Origin: Candidatus Binatia bacterium | Lineage (GTDB): Bacteria; Desulfobacterota; Binatia; UBA9968; CAXXLF01 | Assembly (NCBI GenBank): GCA_963664015.2 | Contig: CAXXLF010000002.1 | Coordinates: forward strand, 1,184,001-1,248,000 | DNA: 64,000 nt | Direction of reading: 5' to 3' | Notes under the pieces: generated by a model | The model's database searches: none | What the model saw: the letters and a program-made list of their open reading frames with translations, nothing else | What the model was told of the DNA's origin: nothing | Shown: positions 42,166-51,195 of the stretch, piece after piece | How positions within the stretch are numbered: the first letter of the stretch is position 1 | How the letters are laid out: each line of letters opens with the position of its first letter | Position numbers and translations under genes: made by a program

Positions 42166-43332
42166 ATGATAAGCAGCAGGACTGTGGCCGTCTTGGTGAT
42201 TTTAATATTATCCGGAGTCACTTTGAGTTTCGGGGAATCTATCTATGTTTCTCATAGATTAGAAAATTTGGTCCCTAAGCCAGAAGGAAGTAGACGTGCA
42301 ACGAATCGACATGCAATGATTCCCTTACCAGAAGTTCCATTCAATGTTGATCGACGAATTTTATCTCATAACCGACCGGCTCGTGAGTATGACAAGCCCT
42401 ACCACGGACCTATGATTGATATGCACGTCCACCTAAAATCTAGGTTCCGTAAGCAAACACCCCTCAGAGCTTTGGGTGAGGTTATTGATGGAATTCGCGA
42501 AGCAGGAATAGACCTAGCGATTGTAACGCCTACACCCAATGAGGGACGAAGAAGAGGTGGAAACGAAAAACACCGCTTATACAGAAAGTTACTTAAAGAA
42601 CTCGGTGAGGGAACGATCAAGCTTATGTGCTGCGGCAACTATATAGGTCAATGGATCCATAATGCTTATTACGAGACCTATACAAAGAATAGTTTGTATT
42701 CACTTCTACAGAGAATCAACATGGATCTTGATAGCGGATTATACATTGGTGTCGGTGAGTTGGGGTTATATCATTTCAACAAGAGTGGAAGACAAATGAC
42801 TATTCGATACCCACCAAATTTTGAACCATTTGTGAAAGTAGTAGAAACAATCGCAAATAAGGGGTACTGGATCCTACTGCATGCAGAAACCGTTGATCCA
42901 AATGGAGTATCCTATGAAGAAACGTTTTTCTCTGGCATTGAGCTACTTTATAAACGAATTCCAAATCTCAAATTAATTATTGCCCACACGTCGACCACTA
43001 ATCCTGACAATGTGCGCAGCATGCTCCATCAGTATCCAAATCTCATGATAGATTTTAAGATTGTTAAAAAACTAAAATACTGGTGGTACACAGAACCTGT
43101 GAATAACGCAAATAGAGAATTACATGAGGATTGGGCTAATCTATTTGAGTCAATGCCTAAACGATTTATGGTAGGTACTGATAGGAAATTTTATCGCCGT
43201 CGCATGAATGCTAAAAAATACATAAGAAAAAATAACCGGTTGAGAAATATACTAGGGACATTGAATTCGAATGCCGCACAATTGATTGCTTACGGAAATG
43301 CTAAAAGATTATTTAGTAAAGCTAATCCTTGA
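42166..43332 (+). CDS. Secreted amidohydrolase/TatD-like TIM-barrel protein (AT-rich)
   Basis: Signal peptide, IDMHVH, GVGELG, LLHAE, IIAH and FMVGTD. Confidence 0.8.
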   Translation: MISSRTVAVLVILILSGVTLSFGESIYVSHRLENLVPKPEGSRRATNRHAMIPLPEVPFNVDRRILSHNRPAREYDKPYHGPMIDMHVHLKSRFRKQTPLRALGEVIDGIREAGIDLAIVTPTPNEGRRRGGNEKHRLYRKLLKELGEGTIKLMCCGNYIGQWIHNAYYETYTKNSLYSLLQRINMDLDSGLYIGVGELGLYHFNKSGRQMTIRYPPNFEPFVKVVETIANKGYWILLHAETVDPNGVSYEETFFSGIELLYKRIPNLKLIIAHTSTTNPDNVRSMLHQYPNLMIDFKIVKKLKYWWYTEPVNNANRELHEDWANLFESMPKRFMVGTDRKFYRRRMNAKKYIRKNNRLRNILGTLNSNAAQLIAYGNAKRLFSKANP

Positions 43333-43416
43333 ACTTGAGAATAGAGTGGTAATAGACAGGCCGTGGACCAGCTGAACGATGTGGAAAAGGTTAAAACTGA
43401 GGATCAGCCTCAGAGT

Positions 43417-43436
43417 GGTCACAAAACGGTCACAAA
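43417..43436. repeat. Tandem GGTCACAAA direct repeat (integrase arm-type site-like)
   Basis: GGTCACAAAacGGTCACAAA, preceded by the hairpin CTGAGG-atcag-CCTCAG. Confidence 0.45.
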
Positions 43437-43555
43437 CCGATTGGAGAGAGAGTCAGACTATGTCTAAGGCACTCTGAAAGTGTCTCTATGAGGAGATTTG
43501 GAGGTTTGGGGAGGGGTTCTATGGGACTGCGAGGATGGATTATGAGGGGGTTTTC

Positions 43556-44265
43556 TCAACACCCCTTGTAGTTCTTCTTCACGCATTCACGGGCAAGTCT
43601 CTGTGCGGTTTCAATTTGGGATGGGTTCATCCGTTTGGCAATGATGTCTCTGTTTTTAGATGCGTCCTTACTGTCCGCCGATGTTGCGGCGATGTTGTAC
43701 CACATATGGGCTTGAACATAGTCTTGCGGTACACCCTGACCTTCACCATACATGTACCCCAGATTGTACTGGGCAAGGGCATGCCCCTGTCCGGCAGCAA
43801 GTCTGAACCACTTCACCGCAGTCTTATAGTCCTGTGGAACACCCTCTCCTTTGTCGTACATCCAACCCACATTGTACTGGGCCTTGGCAAATCCCTGGTC
43901 GGCAGCAAGTCTGAACCACTTCAGTGTAGTCTTGTAGTCCTGTGGAACACCCTCTCCTTTGCCGTACATCCAACCCAGATTGTTCTGGGCATCGGCATCC
44001 CCCTGTTCGGCAGCAAGTCTGTACCACTTCAGTGCAGTCTTGTAGTCCTGTGGAACACCCTCTCTTTTGCGGTACATCCAACCCAGATTGTTCTGGGCAT
44101 CGGCATCCCCCTGTTCGGCAAGGGATTTCCATTCACGCAGAGCGGTTGCGTAGTCACCACTTTGGAGAGCAGTTAGACCCTTTTGGAAATCAGCACTCCA
44201 ACTCATCCCGTAATCCCAAGAAGCACGGCAATCGTCAGGTAGATGGTGGCGGTCATGTTTCTCAT
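43556..44265 (-). CDS. Sel1-repeat protein C (4 repeats); signal peptide frameshifted as in gene A
   Basis: MRNMTATIYLTIAVLLGITG* precedes MSWSADF... in another frame; ends ARECVKKNYKGC. Confidence 0.82.
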
Positions 44266-44319
44266 AGGGAAAAGAGTTACATAGAATGGGGGATTTGGGT
44301 AGTCAGAATTGAATTATAC

Positions 44320-44364
44320 TCAACACCCTTTGTATTTCTTACGTACGCATTCACGGGCAAGTTT
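44320..44364 (-). pseudogene. Sel1 C-terminal remnant (KLARECVRKKYKGC*)
   Basis: 45 bp matching the 3' ends of the intact paralogues. Confidence 0.8.
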
Positions 44365-44407
44365 CTAGAACTTCAGTGATTTGAAGCAAAACACACATTC
44401 CTAACTA

Positions 44408-45046
44408 TTATCTCAACCCTAGGACTTTTTCCCTCATCGCCTTTCGTTCCTCATCGTTAATGAGGGATTTTTCGTACATATCTTCTATGCGTTGAAGTTC
44501 CGTTTCTTGTCCCGAGGTTTCTTCCACTACCTTGTCCTCGGCTTCGGGCTCAATTGCCCACGACTTCCAAAGTGACGCCAGCGCCACTTGCAAGGGGGAG
44601 AGCGCCGGAACTTGCCTCGGTGTTTGTGATTCTCCATCAGATTTAGCGGGGATATCAATTCCCAACTTGGCAATCACATCTTTCAATTCCCTCTTATCCA
44701 CATCTCTGCCGATGAAACGACACAGTTGATCATCAAAAGAAGACGCACTGGCACAAGAAACAGCGTGGTAACCTTTGGAAATAAGTTCTTTGATATACAA
44801 TTTGTTATAAATAAAACCAAATACCAGATTATTCAAAAAAACAAACACTGGTTCGTTCGGTGCTAAGTTGGAAACAACCGCCCCGGTAATACAGGATAAA
44901 AAGGCGACAATTGCCGCCCACTTCCAATCACGACGGACAACCATCGGAAGGAAACTCCAAAATAGTGCGGTATAAGAAAACCCTACTGGCGCAGATTTTA
45001 CCTCTCCCGTGTTGTCGTTTTTAAAGGTGATTACAGCACTTGCCAT
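44408..45046 (-). CDS. Membrane protein, HrgC/DUF2628-like N-terminus plus C-terminal SHOCT domain
   Basis: KSAPVGFSYTALFWSFLPMVVRRDW...YNKLYIKELISKGY; ELQRIEDMYEKSLINDEERKAMREKVL. Confidence 0.7.
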   Translation of the reverse strand: MASAVITFKNDNTGEVKSAPVGFSYTALFWSFLPMVVRRDWKWAAIVAFLSCITGAVVSNLAPNEPVFVFLNNLVFGFIYNKLYIKELISKGYHAVSCASASSFDDQLCRFIGRDVDKRELKDVIAKLGIDIPAKSDGESQTPRQVPALSPLQVALASLWKSWAIEPEAEDKVVEETSGQETELQRIEDMYEKSLINDEERKAMREKVLGLR

Positions 45047-45104
45047 TTTTTCCTTTCTGAAGGTTAAGTTGCCTACTTATTTCCCACTATTTATCTTAAA
45101 AAGA

Positions 45105-45146
45105 GCAATCGTCAGGCAGATGGTGGCGAGGGTACGTTTCATAGGG
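45105..45146 (-). pseudogene. Sel1 gene N-terminal remnant (MKRTLATICLTIA)
   Basis: CCCTATGAAACGTACCCTCGCCACCATCTGCCTGACGATTGC matches the paralogue starts, then diverges. Confidence 0.78.
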
Positions 45147-45242
45147 AGAGTCTGACAAAAGGCGGGGGATTAAGAAAGAGAAAACTTAATTTCCCTATCG
45201 CGGACTCATGTAATTCAATAATCCGCATACTTTGAATAATAT

Positions 45243-45500
45243 TTAAAACTGGAAAACTAAGTTATTGATGTTCTTAGAAGGTCTAGTTCTTCCACCCATG
45301 TTGGTGCCGCAATGTCCGCACACCATAATGTCTCTTAAAATGTAGAAGTGAGTAGGTCTGTTTACTTGTCCCTTCCGTTTCAAGTGACTCACTCGTCGTT
45401 GCTGGACATTGTGGTAGACAGTCTTGTCAACCAACCTTGGACATGAGACTTCCGCAGGTTCCTCTGTCTTAGAATCTGTAAACACATATCTGCCGTTATA
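45243..45500 (-). pseudogene. Large serine recombinase internal fragment (recombinase domain end plus zinc ribbon)
   Basis: YNGRYVF...CPRLVDKTVYHNVQQRR...YILRDIMVCGHCGTNMGG. Confidence 0.65.
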
Positions 45501-45941
45501 GTATATGTTGCTCGACGTGCCTATTGTAGTGGTAAATGCGAATGCACTTCCAGCAGTCGAGTATCCAAGACAACTCGTCGTTTTTGAAACATCCACGATC
45601 CCTTGGATCGGATAACCTGATCCTCGCTACGTCCGACTGCATATAAACTTGTTCTTCCTGTTTCCGTGGTCCGGTAAACGACGAATTTTGATCGTACCGA
45701 TGCAGCATTACCTTGAAATTCAATCTGTATATTAGATACAAGATGTAGCCGCCTAGCTGTGTCAAGCACGTAGTTGGGGACCAGATCCATCCTTTTCACA
45801 AACTCGTTCCTTGTGAGTTTCATTACGTAATCGTCGATACCGCCGAGTTCTTTGCTTTCAAACAGCATCTCGTACTCTGATGTCGCAGTAAATAGGCCAG
45901 TCCATTCCCTGATTTGTCCTTCGTCGAGCAACTGAGCGGCT
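45424..45941. repeat. 518-bp direct repeat, copy 1 (5'-truncated oxygenase beta-subunit gene 45521-45941)
   Basis: Matches 52794-53311 at an offset of 7370 with 7 substitutions. Confidence 0.95.
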
Positions 45942-45998
45942 TGCCTTCGGCGCCTTATGAAGCCTTATGCCCCTCTTGTAATCGTAGGCATGAATACC

Positions 45999-47717
45999 TT
46001 AATCCTTCTGCTCAAGCCCCAAACGCATACCTAGAAGGCGACTGGCGAGAACGACGAGGAGAATAAGGAAGACGGTGAAAACGCCGATAATGGCGGCCTG
46101 TTCCAGATTGCCCTCCGGAATGTAATCGAGCATCAGAAGGGAGAGGGTTTTCGTCTGATGGGTAGCCAGGAAAACAACCGAAGATACATCGCGCACCGCC
46201 GCGATGAATAGAATTAGCCCTACGGCCATCAGGGTCGGATTCAAAAGCGGCAACTGGATACGCCGAAAGGTGGAAGTCCAGGACGCCCCTGAAACCGCAG
46301 AAGCCTCCTCCAATTCACTGCTGATCTGCATGACCCCCGCCTTGACGATTTGGATCCCGACGGGCATCTCTTTGATGATGATAGCGAGGATGAGCACAAA
46401 GAGCGTGCCGTAGATGACCCTGAGGATACTACCCGATCCCAGAACTGCCCAGAGAAGGCCCAGACTCAGTAAAATCCCGGGCAGCGCCCAGGGCAACCAC
46501 GAAAGGAGGTCCATTAGCCCACGACCGGTAAAGCGGACCCGCACGATGCAGTAACTGACCAGCGCATAAAAGGTAACGCCCACCGCACTAGCCCCCACCC
46601 CAAGGACAAGGGTGTTCCATAGCGACCGCATGAAAGTCGGATCATCCACGGCTTCGATCCAGTGCCTCGTCGTCCATGTAGATTCCAAGTTGAAAAAGCC
46701 AAAGACCTCCATAAAGGTCCCCAGGAACAGAGCGCTCAAGGGTAAAAGAACCATGATCAGGATGAAGAGAAGGCATATGGAGAAAGTCAGCCAGCGCCAG
46801 GGGCCCAGGCTTAAAGTTCGGGACACATAACCTCGGCCGGTGATGGTGGTGTACTCCCTCCCGTGAAGAAGCACCCTCTGAAGCCATATCAAGACAAAAA
46901 TAACCACGAGAAAGATGCTTGACAGGGCCGTGGCCCGACCATAGAGGGGAGGCTCCCAGTTGATATAGTCGAAAATTTTGGTCGGCACTACGAAGAGCCC
47001 CGCCGGGATTCCTAACACCAGTTCAATCTCAAGTGACTCCAGGCTCTTGATAAAGCCCAGGATCGTGGAAGCCAGGATTGCCGGGGCCAGGAGCGGGACC
47101 GTGATACGCAACAGGGTTCCTAACTTGTTACTCCCGGAGGTTAGAGCGGCCTCTTCCAGGGCCGCATCCATGGCTTTGAAGGCCGGTGTCATCAACAGAA
47201 ACCGTATGGAGGTACTGAAGGCCAGGTGACACCAGACAATGCCCCAGTAAGAGAAAATGTCAAAGGGCGCCCTGGAGAGGCCGAAGATGCCTACGAGAAA
47301 CTTATTGAGTACCCCATTATGAGGATCCAAGAGGAGGATCCACCCCATGGTCATGGGCAACAGGGGCAGAAAAAACCCCAACCAAAGTACCAATTCCAGG
47401 AAACCCCTGAAGGGTGTATCGGTCCGGGTGACGACCCAGACAAAGAAAATGGCCAGAACGGTGGTAATGACTATCCGGACAACGGCTAAGCTAAAGGTAT
47501 TGGCCAGGACCAAGGGGAGGGCTACATCACTAAAGGCTGCAACCCACCCTTGGATACCCCAGGCAACCGGTTGTCCCGGCCGAGTAATAGTAAAACTTTT
47601 GAGGAAAATGAGACTGACAGGATAGAGCGTCAGGAGGGCCATCAGCACCATTAAGAGGGGTAAGAATACCCTTACCCAGGATGGCCCTGACCCTCGCCTA
47701 AACCCCGCCAAAAACAT
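45999..47717 (-). CDS. ABC transporter permease (FbpB-like, two TM domains)
   Basis: Two EAA loops: LEEAALTSGS and LEEASAVSGA. Confidence 0.9.
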   Translation of the reverse strand: MFLAGFRRGSGPSWVRVFLPLLMVLMALLTLYPVSLIFLKSFTITRPGQPVAWGIQGWVAAFSDVALPLVLANTFSLAVVRIVITTVLAIFFVWVVTRTDTPFRGFLELVLWLGFFLPLLPMTMGWILLLDPHNGVLNKFLVGIFGLSRAPFDIFSYWGIVWCHLAFSTSIRFLLMTPAFKAMDAALEEAALTSGSNKLGTLLRITVPLLAPAILASTILGFIKSLESLEIELVLGIPAGLFVVPTKIFDYINWEPPLYGRATALSSIFLVVIFVLIWLQRVLLHGREYTTITGRGYVSRTLSLGPWRWLTFSICLLFILIMVLLPLSALFLGTFMEVFGFFNLESTWTTRHWIEAVDDPTFMRSLWNTLVLGVGASAVGVTFYALVSYCIVRVRFTGRGLMDLLSWLPWALPGILLSLGLLWAVLGSGSILRVIYGTLFVLILAIIIKEMPVGIQIVKAGVMQISSELEEASAVSGASWTSTFRRIQLPLLNPTLMAVGLILFIAAVRDVSSVVFLATHQTKTLSLLMLDYIPEGNLEQAAIIGVFTVFLILLVVLASRLLGMRLGLEQKD

Positions 47718-48865
47718 TATCGGGCAAAGAGTTCCTTCAGGATTTCCTCCTCCTCAGCCGACCGTTTGATGTTTTTCTCCTGATAAAAGGAAGAGTATTT
47801 GCTCCCCGGCTTGGGAATGACGTAAGGGGCCAGGTGAGCCGTAGAAACATCCACCCGCCGGCTTGTATATCCCGACGCCTTGCTCCAGGCCGTCTGTCCT
47901 TCCTTACTCAACAACCAGTTGATAAATACCGTAGCGGCGTTGCGGTGGGGCGCTTTGTTGATCAACAAAACACTTCCGGGGCCCGGAGTGATGTAGCTCC
48001 CATGGTCCTTGAACTCAGACAAAACACCGAACTTGAGTCCACGCCCCTTTAATTGGCGCACCATCCGGTCACTCCCGCCCAGAACGAAGGCATACTTACC
48101 CTGGGCAACCCATTCAATCTGGCGCCGTTCGTTTCGGTCCACGATCCCCGCGTTGGCCCGAATATTCCGGTAATACTCCAATGCCTTTTTAGGCCCCAGC
48201 GCTTGCCATATGTGGCGGAAAGTCACTCCGCCCGATCCGCTTGGAACGGGATCATTGATAATGAATTTCCCTTTCCACTTCGGGTCAATAAGCTCATGGA
48301 GCTCATCTAACTCATTGACCTTCGCTTGATTGAGATTAAAGACCACCGGTGCCTTGACGTTGGTTGAAAAAACCAGGTTCAGGCTGCGCTTCGCGTCGGA
48401 GAACTCGAGGCGGCCGTTGCGCCAGTATTTCCCCAACTTGACCTCGGGTAGCACCAAGACAGGTCCGATGGGATCCAGCGCCCCCATGGGCTTAAAATAG
48501 ACTAGGGCCGTTGTCGTCCCTTGCAAAATGACATCAACTGAATAGATACCGCCGTCTCGCTCCGCCTTAATCTTCGCTGCCAAGCGACCTCCGCGCCCCC
48601 CTGCATATTCGATACTGATATCGGGGAACGCCTTCTTAAACCCGCTGGTTACGGCCTTCCGGATGGCCGCGCCCCCGGGCCCGAAGACCACCACCTTGCC
48701 CTCTTTCTTGGCTCCACTCAGAACCTTCTCCCATCTGTCTTTCCAACCGGCCTCGCCCTGGGCTTGGACCCACTGGGGCAACCCCAGATAAAAAATTCCA
48801 ACTGCAAGTAAACACAGGATTATCAAAAACGACTGGGTCTTGTTCCTTCCGCTTGTCTCGTTCAT
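47717..48865 (-). CDS. ABC transporter extracellular solute-binding protein
   Basis: Signal peptide, AKKEGKVVV, LIDPKWKGK and APHRNAATVFINWLLS. Confidence 0.9.
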   Translation of the reverse strand: MNETSGRNKTQSFLIILCLLAVGIFYLGLPQWVQAQGEAGWKDRWEKVLSGAKKEGKVVVFGPGGAAIRKAVTSGFKKAFPDISIEYAGGRGGRLAAKIKAERDGGIYSVDVILQGTTTALVYFKPMGALDPIGPVLVLPEVKLGKYWRNGRLEFSDAKRSLNLVFSTNVKAPVVFNLNQAKVNELDELHELIDPKWKGKFIINDPVPSGSGGVTFRHIWQALGPKKALEYYRNIRANAGIVDRNERRQIEWVAQGKYAFVLGGSDRMVRQLKGRGLKFGVLSEFKDHGSYITPGPGSVLLINKAPHRNAATVFINWLLSKEGQTAWSKASGYTSRRVDVSTAHLAPYVIPKPGSKYSSFYQEKNIKRSAEEEEILKELFAR

Positions 48866-48979
48866 TATTCTACCCTCCTCATTAATATTTGCCTCCAGAA
48901 CCAGCGGGGGTCCGCCAGTCCCAGTGCAGTTAATTTAAAAACACCATCATTTCATTCGCTTTGTTTTAGAAACTTCTCC

Positions 48980-50044
48980 CTATGCTCCTTCTCCCGGCTC
49001 CTCGCGGTACAGCTTCAGGGCTTCCATCAAGGGCATATCGTTCACCGAGAAGAGGATCGCTTCTTTTTCTTTTGACCGGTTATGGTGACTATGCCAACTC
49101 CACAAGGGAACGACAAAGCAGTCCCCCTTCTCCCAGCTGAACTTCTCCCCATTGATAACCGTCGTTCCGCTGCCCTCAAACACATGATAGACGACACTGC
49201 TGTTATGTCGATGGGTCTTGGTGACCTCCCCCGGCCTGAACGCCTGAATCCAACACGACAAGGTCGGAAAGGTATGGCCCCCTGTCATGGGGTTCACGTA
49301 TTCCAGGGCGACACCGTCGAAGGGGCTTGCGGGGGTATCCATAAGGTTCTTCAACGTCGGGTAGGTATCCTTCCATTTGTAAGCCAATGGACAGTTGTAA
49401 TTTATGAGATTAGAGGATTTCTCCCATACCGGCCTTGCCAGGCCCACCTTGTACCCCGTGTAGTCTGAAGGCTTCTTGATGGTTTGGAAATCTCCGGGAT
49501 AGGGTTCCCAAGAAATAACCTGAAGGGAGTTGATGAGGATATTATCGAGCCCGTCCATCCACACCATGGGCTCGGTTTCGTTCACATGGCCATGCCAGGT
49601 GTTAGGGGGCGTCAAGATCAAATCGCCCTTCTCCATCTCGATCTTTTCCCCTTCCACGACCGTGTAGGCACCATGCCCCTGGATAATAAACCGGAAAGCA
49701 GCGAAGTTGTGCCGATGGCTGCGCGCCTTTTCCCCAGGCTTGAGCATCTGCATCGTCGTTTGCATCGTCTGGGTGGTCCCCCGCTGGCGCTTCATCTTCA
49801 AATCTTTGAGTCCCGGATTCACCAGACAGAGCAGGCGCCGCTCCGCCTGCCCCTCCAGGCCGTGCATTTCCGCGACCATTTGAAGATCCCCGTAGAGGTC
49901 CTGCCATTTCCACAGGTAAGGGACGACGGAGGTTCGAGGGTCCTTACCGACGACGTCGACCTCCGTGAGGCCGTGCCACAAACCTTCCACGTTCCTTTCC
50001 AAGAGCTTCTTGTCGAACTCCTGGAGCTCTCTGTCTTCAGTCAT
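48980..50044 (-). CDS. Gentisate 1,2-dioxygenase-like bicupin ring-cleavage enzyme
   Basis: WKW, AERR..LVNPG, HRHNFAAFRFII, TPPNTWHGH, WMDGLD and HRHNSSVVYHVFEG. Confidence 0.88.
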   Translation of the reverse strand: MTEDRELQEFDKKLLERNVEGLWHGLTEVDVVGKDPRTSVVPYLWKWQDLYGDLQMVAEMHGLEGQAERRLLCLVNPGLKDLKMKRQRGTTQTMQTTMQMLKPGEKARSHRHNFAAFRFIIQGHGAYTVVEGEKIEMEKGDLILTPPNTWHGHVNETEPMVWMDGLDNILINSLQVISWEPYPGDFQTIKKPSDYTGYKVGLARPVWEKSSNLINYNCPLAYKWKDTYPTLKNLMDTPASPFDGVALEYVNPMTGGHTFPTLSCWIQAFRPGEVTKTHRHNSSVVYHVFEGSGTTVINGEKFSWEKGDCFVVPLWSWHSHHNRSKEKEAILFSVNDMPLMEALKLYREEPGEGA

Positions 50045-50142
50045 GATCGCACCTCCTCTTTCCCGTATCCCTGTCCATGGTCACGTCCAGGCCCCCTATC
50101 CAACTCATAAAACCGACAGCGCGCCCCACGCTCCCAAGGCCG

Positions 50143-51054
50143 CTACGGCACCGTAGGGATTCCAACATTGCGCATGGCGCTCTCGAGCAGGCTCCGATGT
50201 TCCGCGGTAAGTGGCTTAGTGGCGTACCTGGGAAACCTCTTCACCCGTAGGCCCCTAAGCCGCATCGCTTCACACTGAACGGCCTCACCGTAAAGAGGCC
50301 TCAGGTCGCGCATGGTCTTTCGCACCTCGTTCACCTTTACCTGTAATGCCAACGCCTCTTCCAATTTCTTCTCTTCCAGAGCCCGCCAGAGGGCGGCCGA
50401 CAGCTCGGGAAAGGATATCATCGTCGGCACGATGGTCCCCTTGATCCCATAGAGGACACCCGGCATCAGGCCTGACGCAAGACCATAGACCAAAAAATCC
50501 TCTGGCATCTGATTGAGATAGCTCAGAGCCCCATCCAGGTTATCCGCCGAATATTTCATACCGCAGATCTGGGGCACCTGTTCCTTGAGTCGGAGCATCA
50601 TAGGCGGGGTGATATCATAACCTGAGTAGGGGGGATTGTGATAAACCATCAAGGGCATTCCCACCCGAGCGCCTACCTCTCGGTAGTGCTCCGTGATCTC
50701 GAATTCCGTATGATCACTGTAATAATAAGGCCCCACTACGGCGATGGCTTCGCAATCCAGCGATCTGGCATGGAGCCCCAGTTCCACCGTAGAGAACACG
50801 TCTGCGGTACCGACGTGCAGTACGATCGGGACCCTTCCCCGGGTGTGTTTTACGATGACTTCTGCAAACCTTTTTCTCTGATCAATTCTCATGGCGGGAC
50901 CTTGACCGAAAGACCCCAGCAAGAACAACCCGTGGACCCCGCCGTCGATGAGAAAATCGGCAATCTGGCACCCCAAGGACTCATCCAATTCACCGTCTTC
51001 TTTAAATGGCGTCATGATCGGCATGACAATCCCCTTAATCCCATTCAAATCCAT
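50143..51054 (-). CDS. DHDPS/NAL family aldolase
   Basis: TPF, GSFGQG, PYYY, VYHNP and GMKYS. Confidence 0.85.
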   Translation of the reverse strand: MDLNGIKGIVMPIMTPFKEDGELDESLGCQIADFLIDGGVHGLFLLGSFGQGPAMRIDQRKRFAEVIVKHTRGRVPIVLHVGTADVFSTVELGLHARSLDCEAIAVVGPYYYSDHTEFEITEHYREVGARVGMPLMVYHNPPYSGYDITPPMMLRLKEQVPQICGMKYSADNLDGALSYLNQMPEDFLVYGLASGLMPGVLYGIKGTIVPTMISFPELSAALWRALEEKKLEEALALQVKVNEVRKTMRDLRPLYGEAVQCEAMRLRGLRVKRFPRYATKPLTAEHRSLLESAMRNVGIPTVP

Positions 51055-51195
51055 CTTCCCTCCATTTAAAATACAAATTTTGGGTCTTCTTGACCGCTCT
51101 TCCCCATCACCTTCATCTAAACCATTTTCTCCCATAGACTTCCATGGGAACAGATGCTCCCGCCGAAATCGTCCTTTGCTTTCCCCGTGCCGTCT

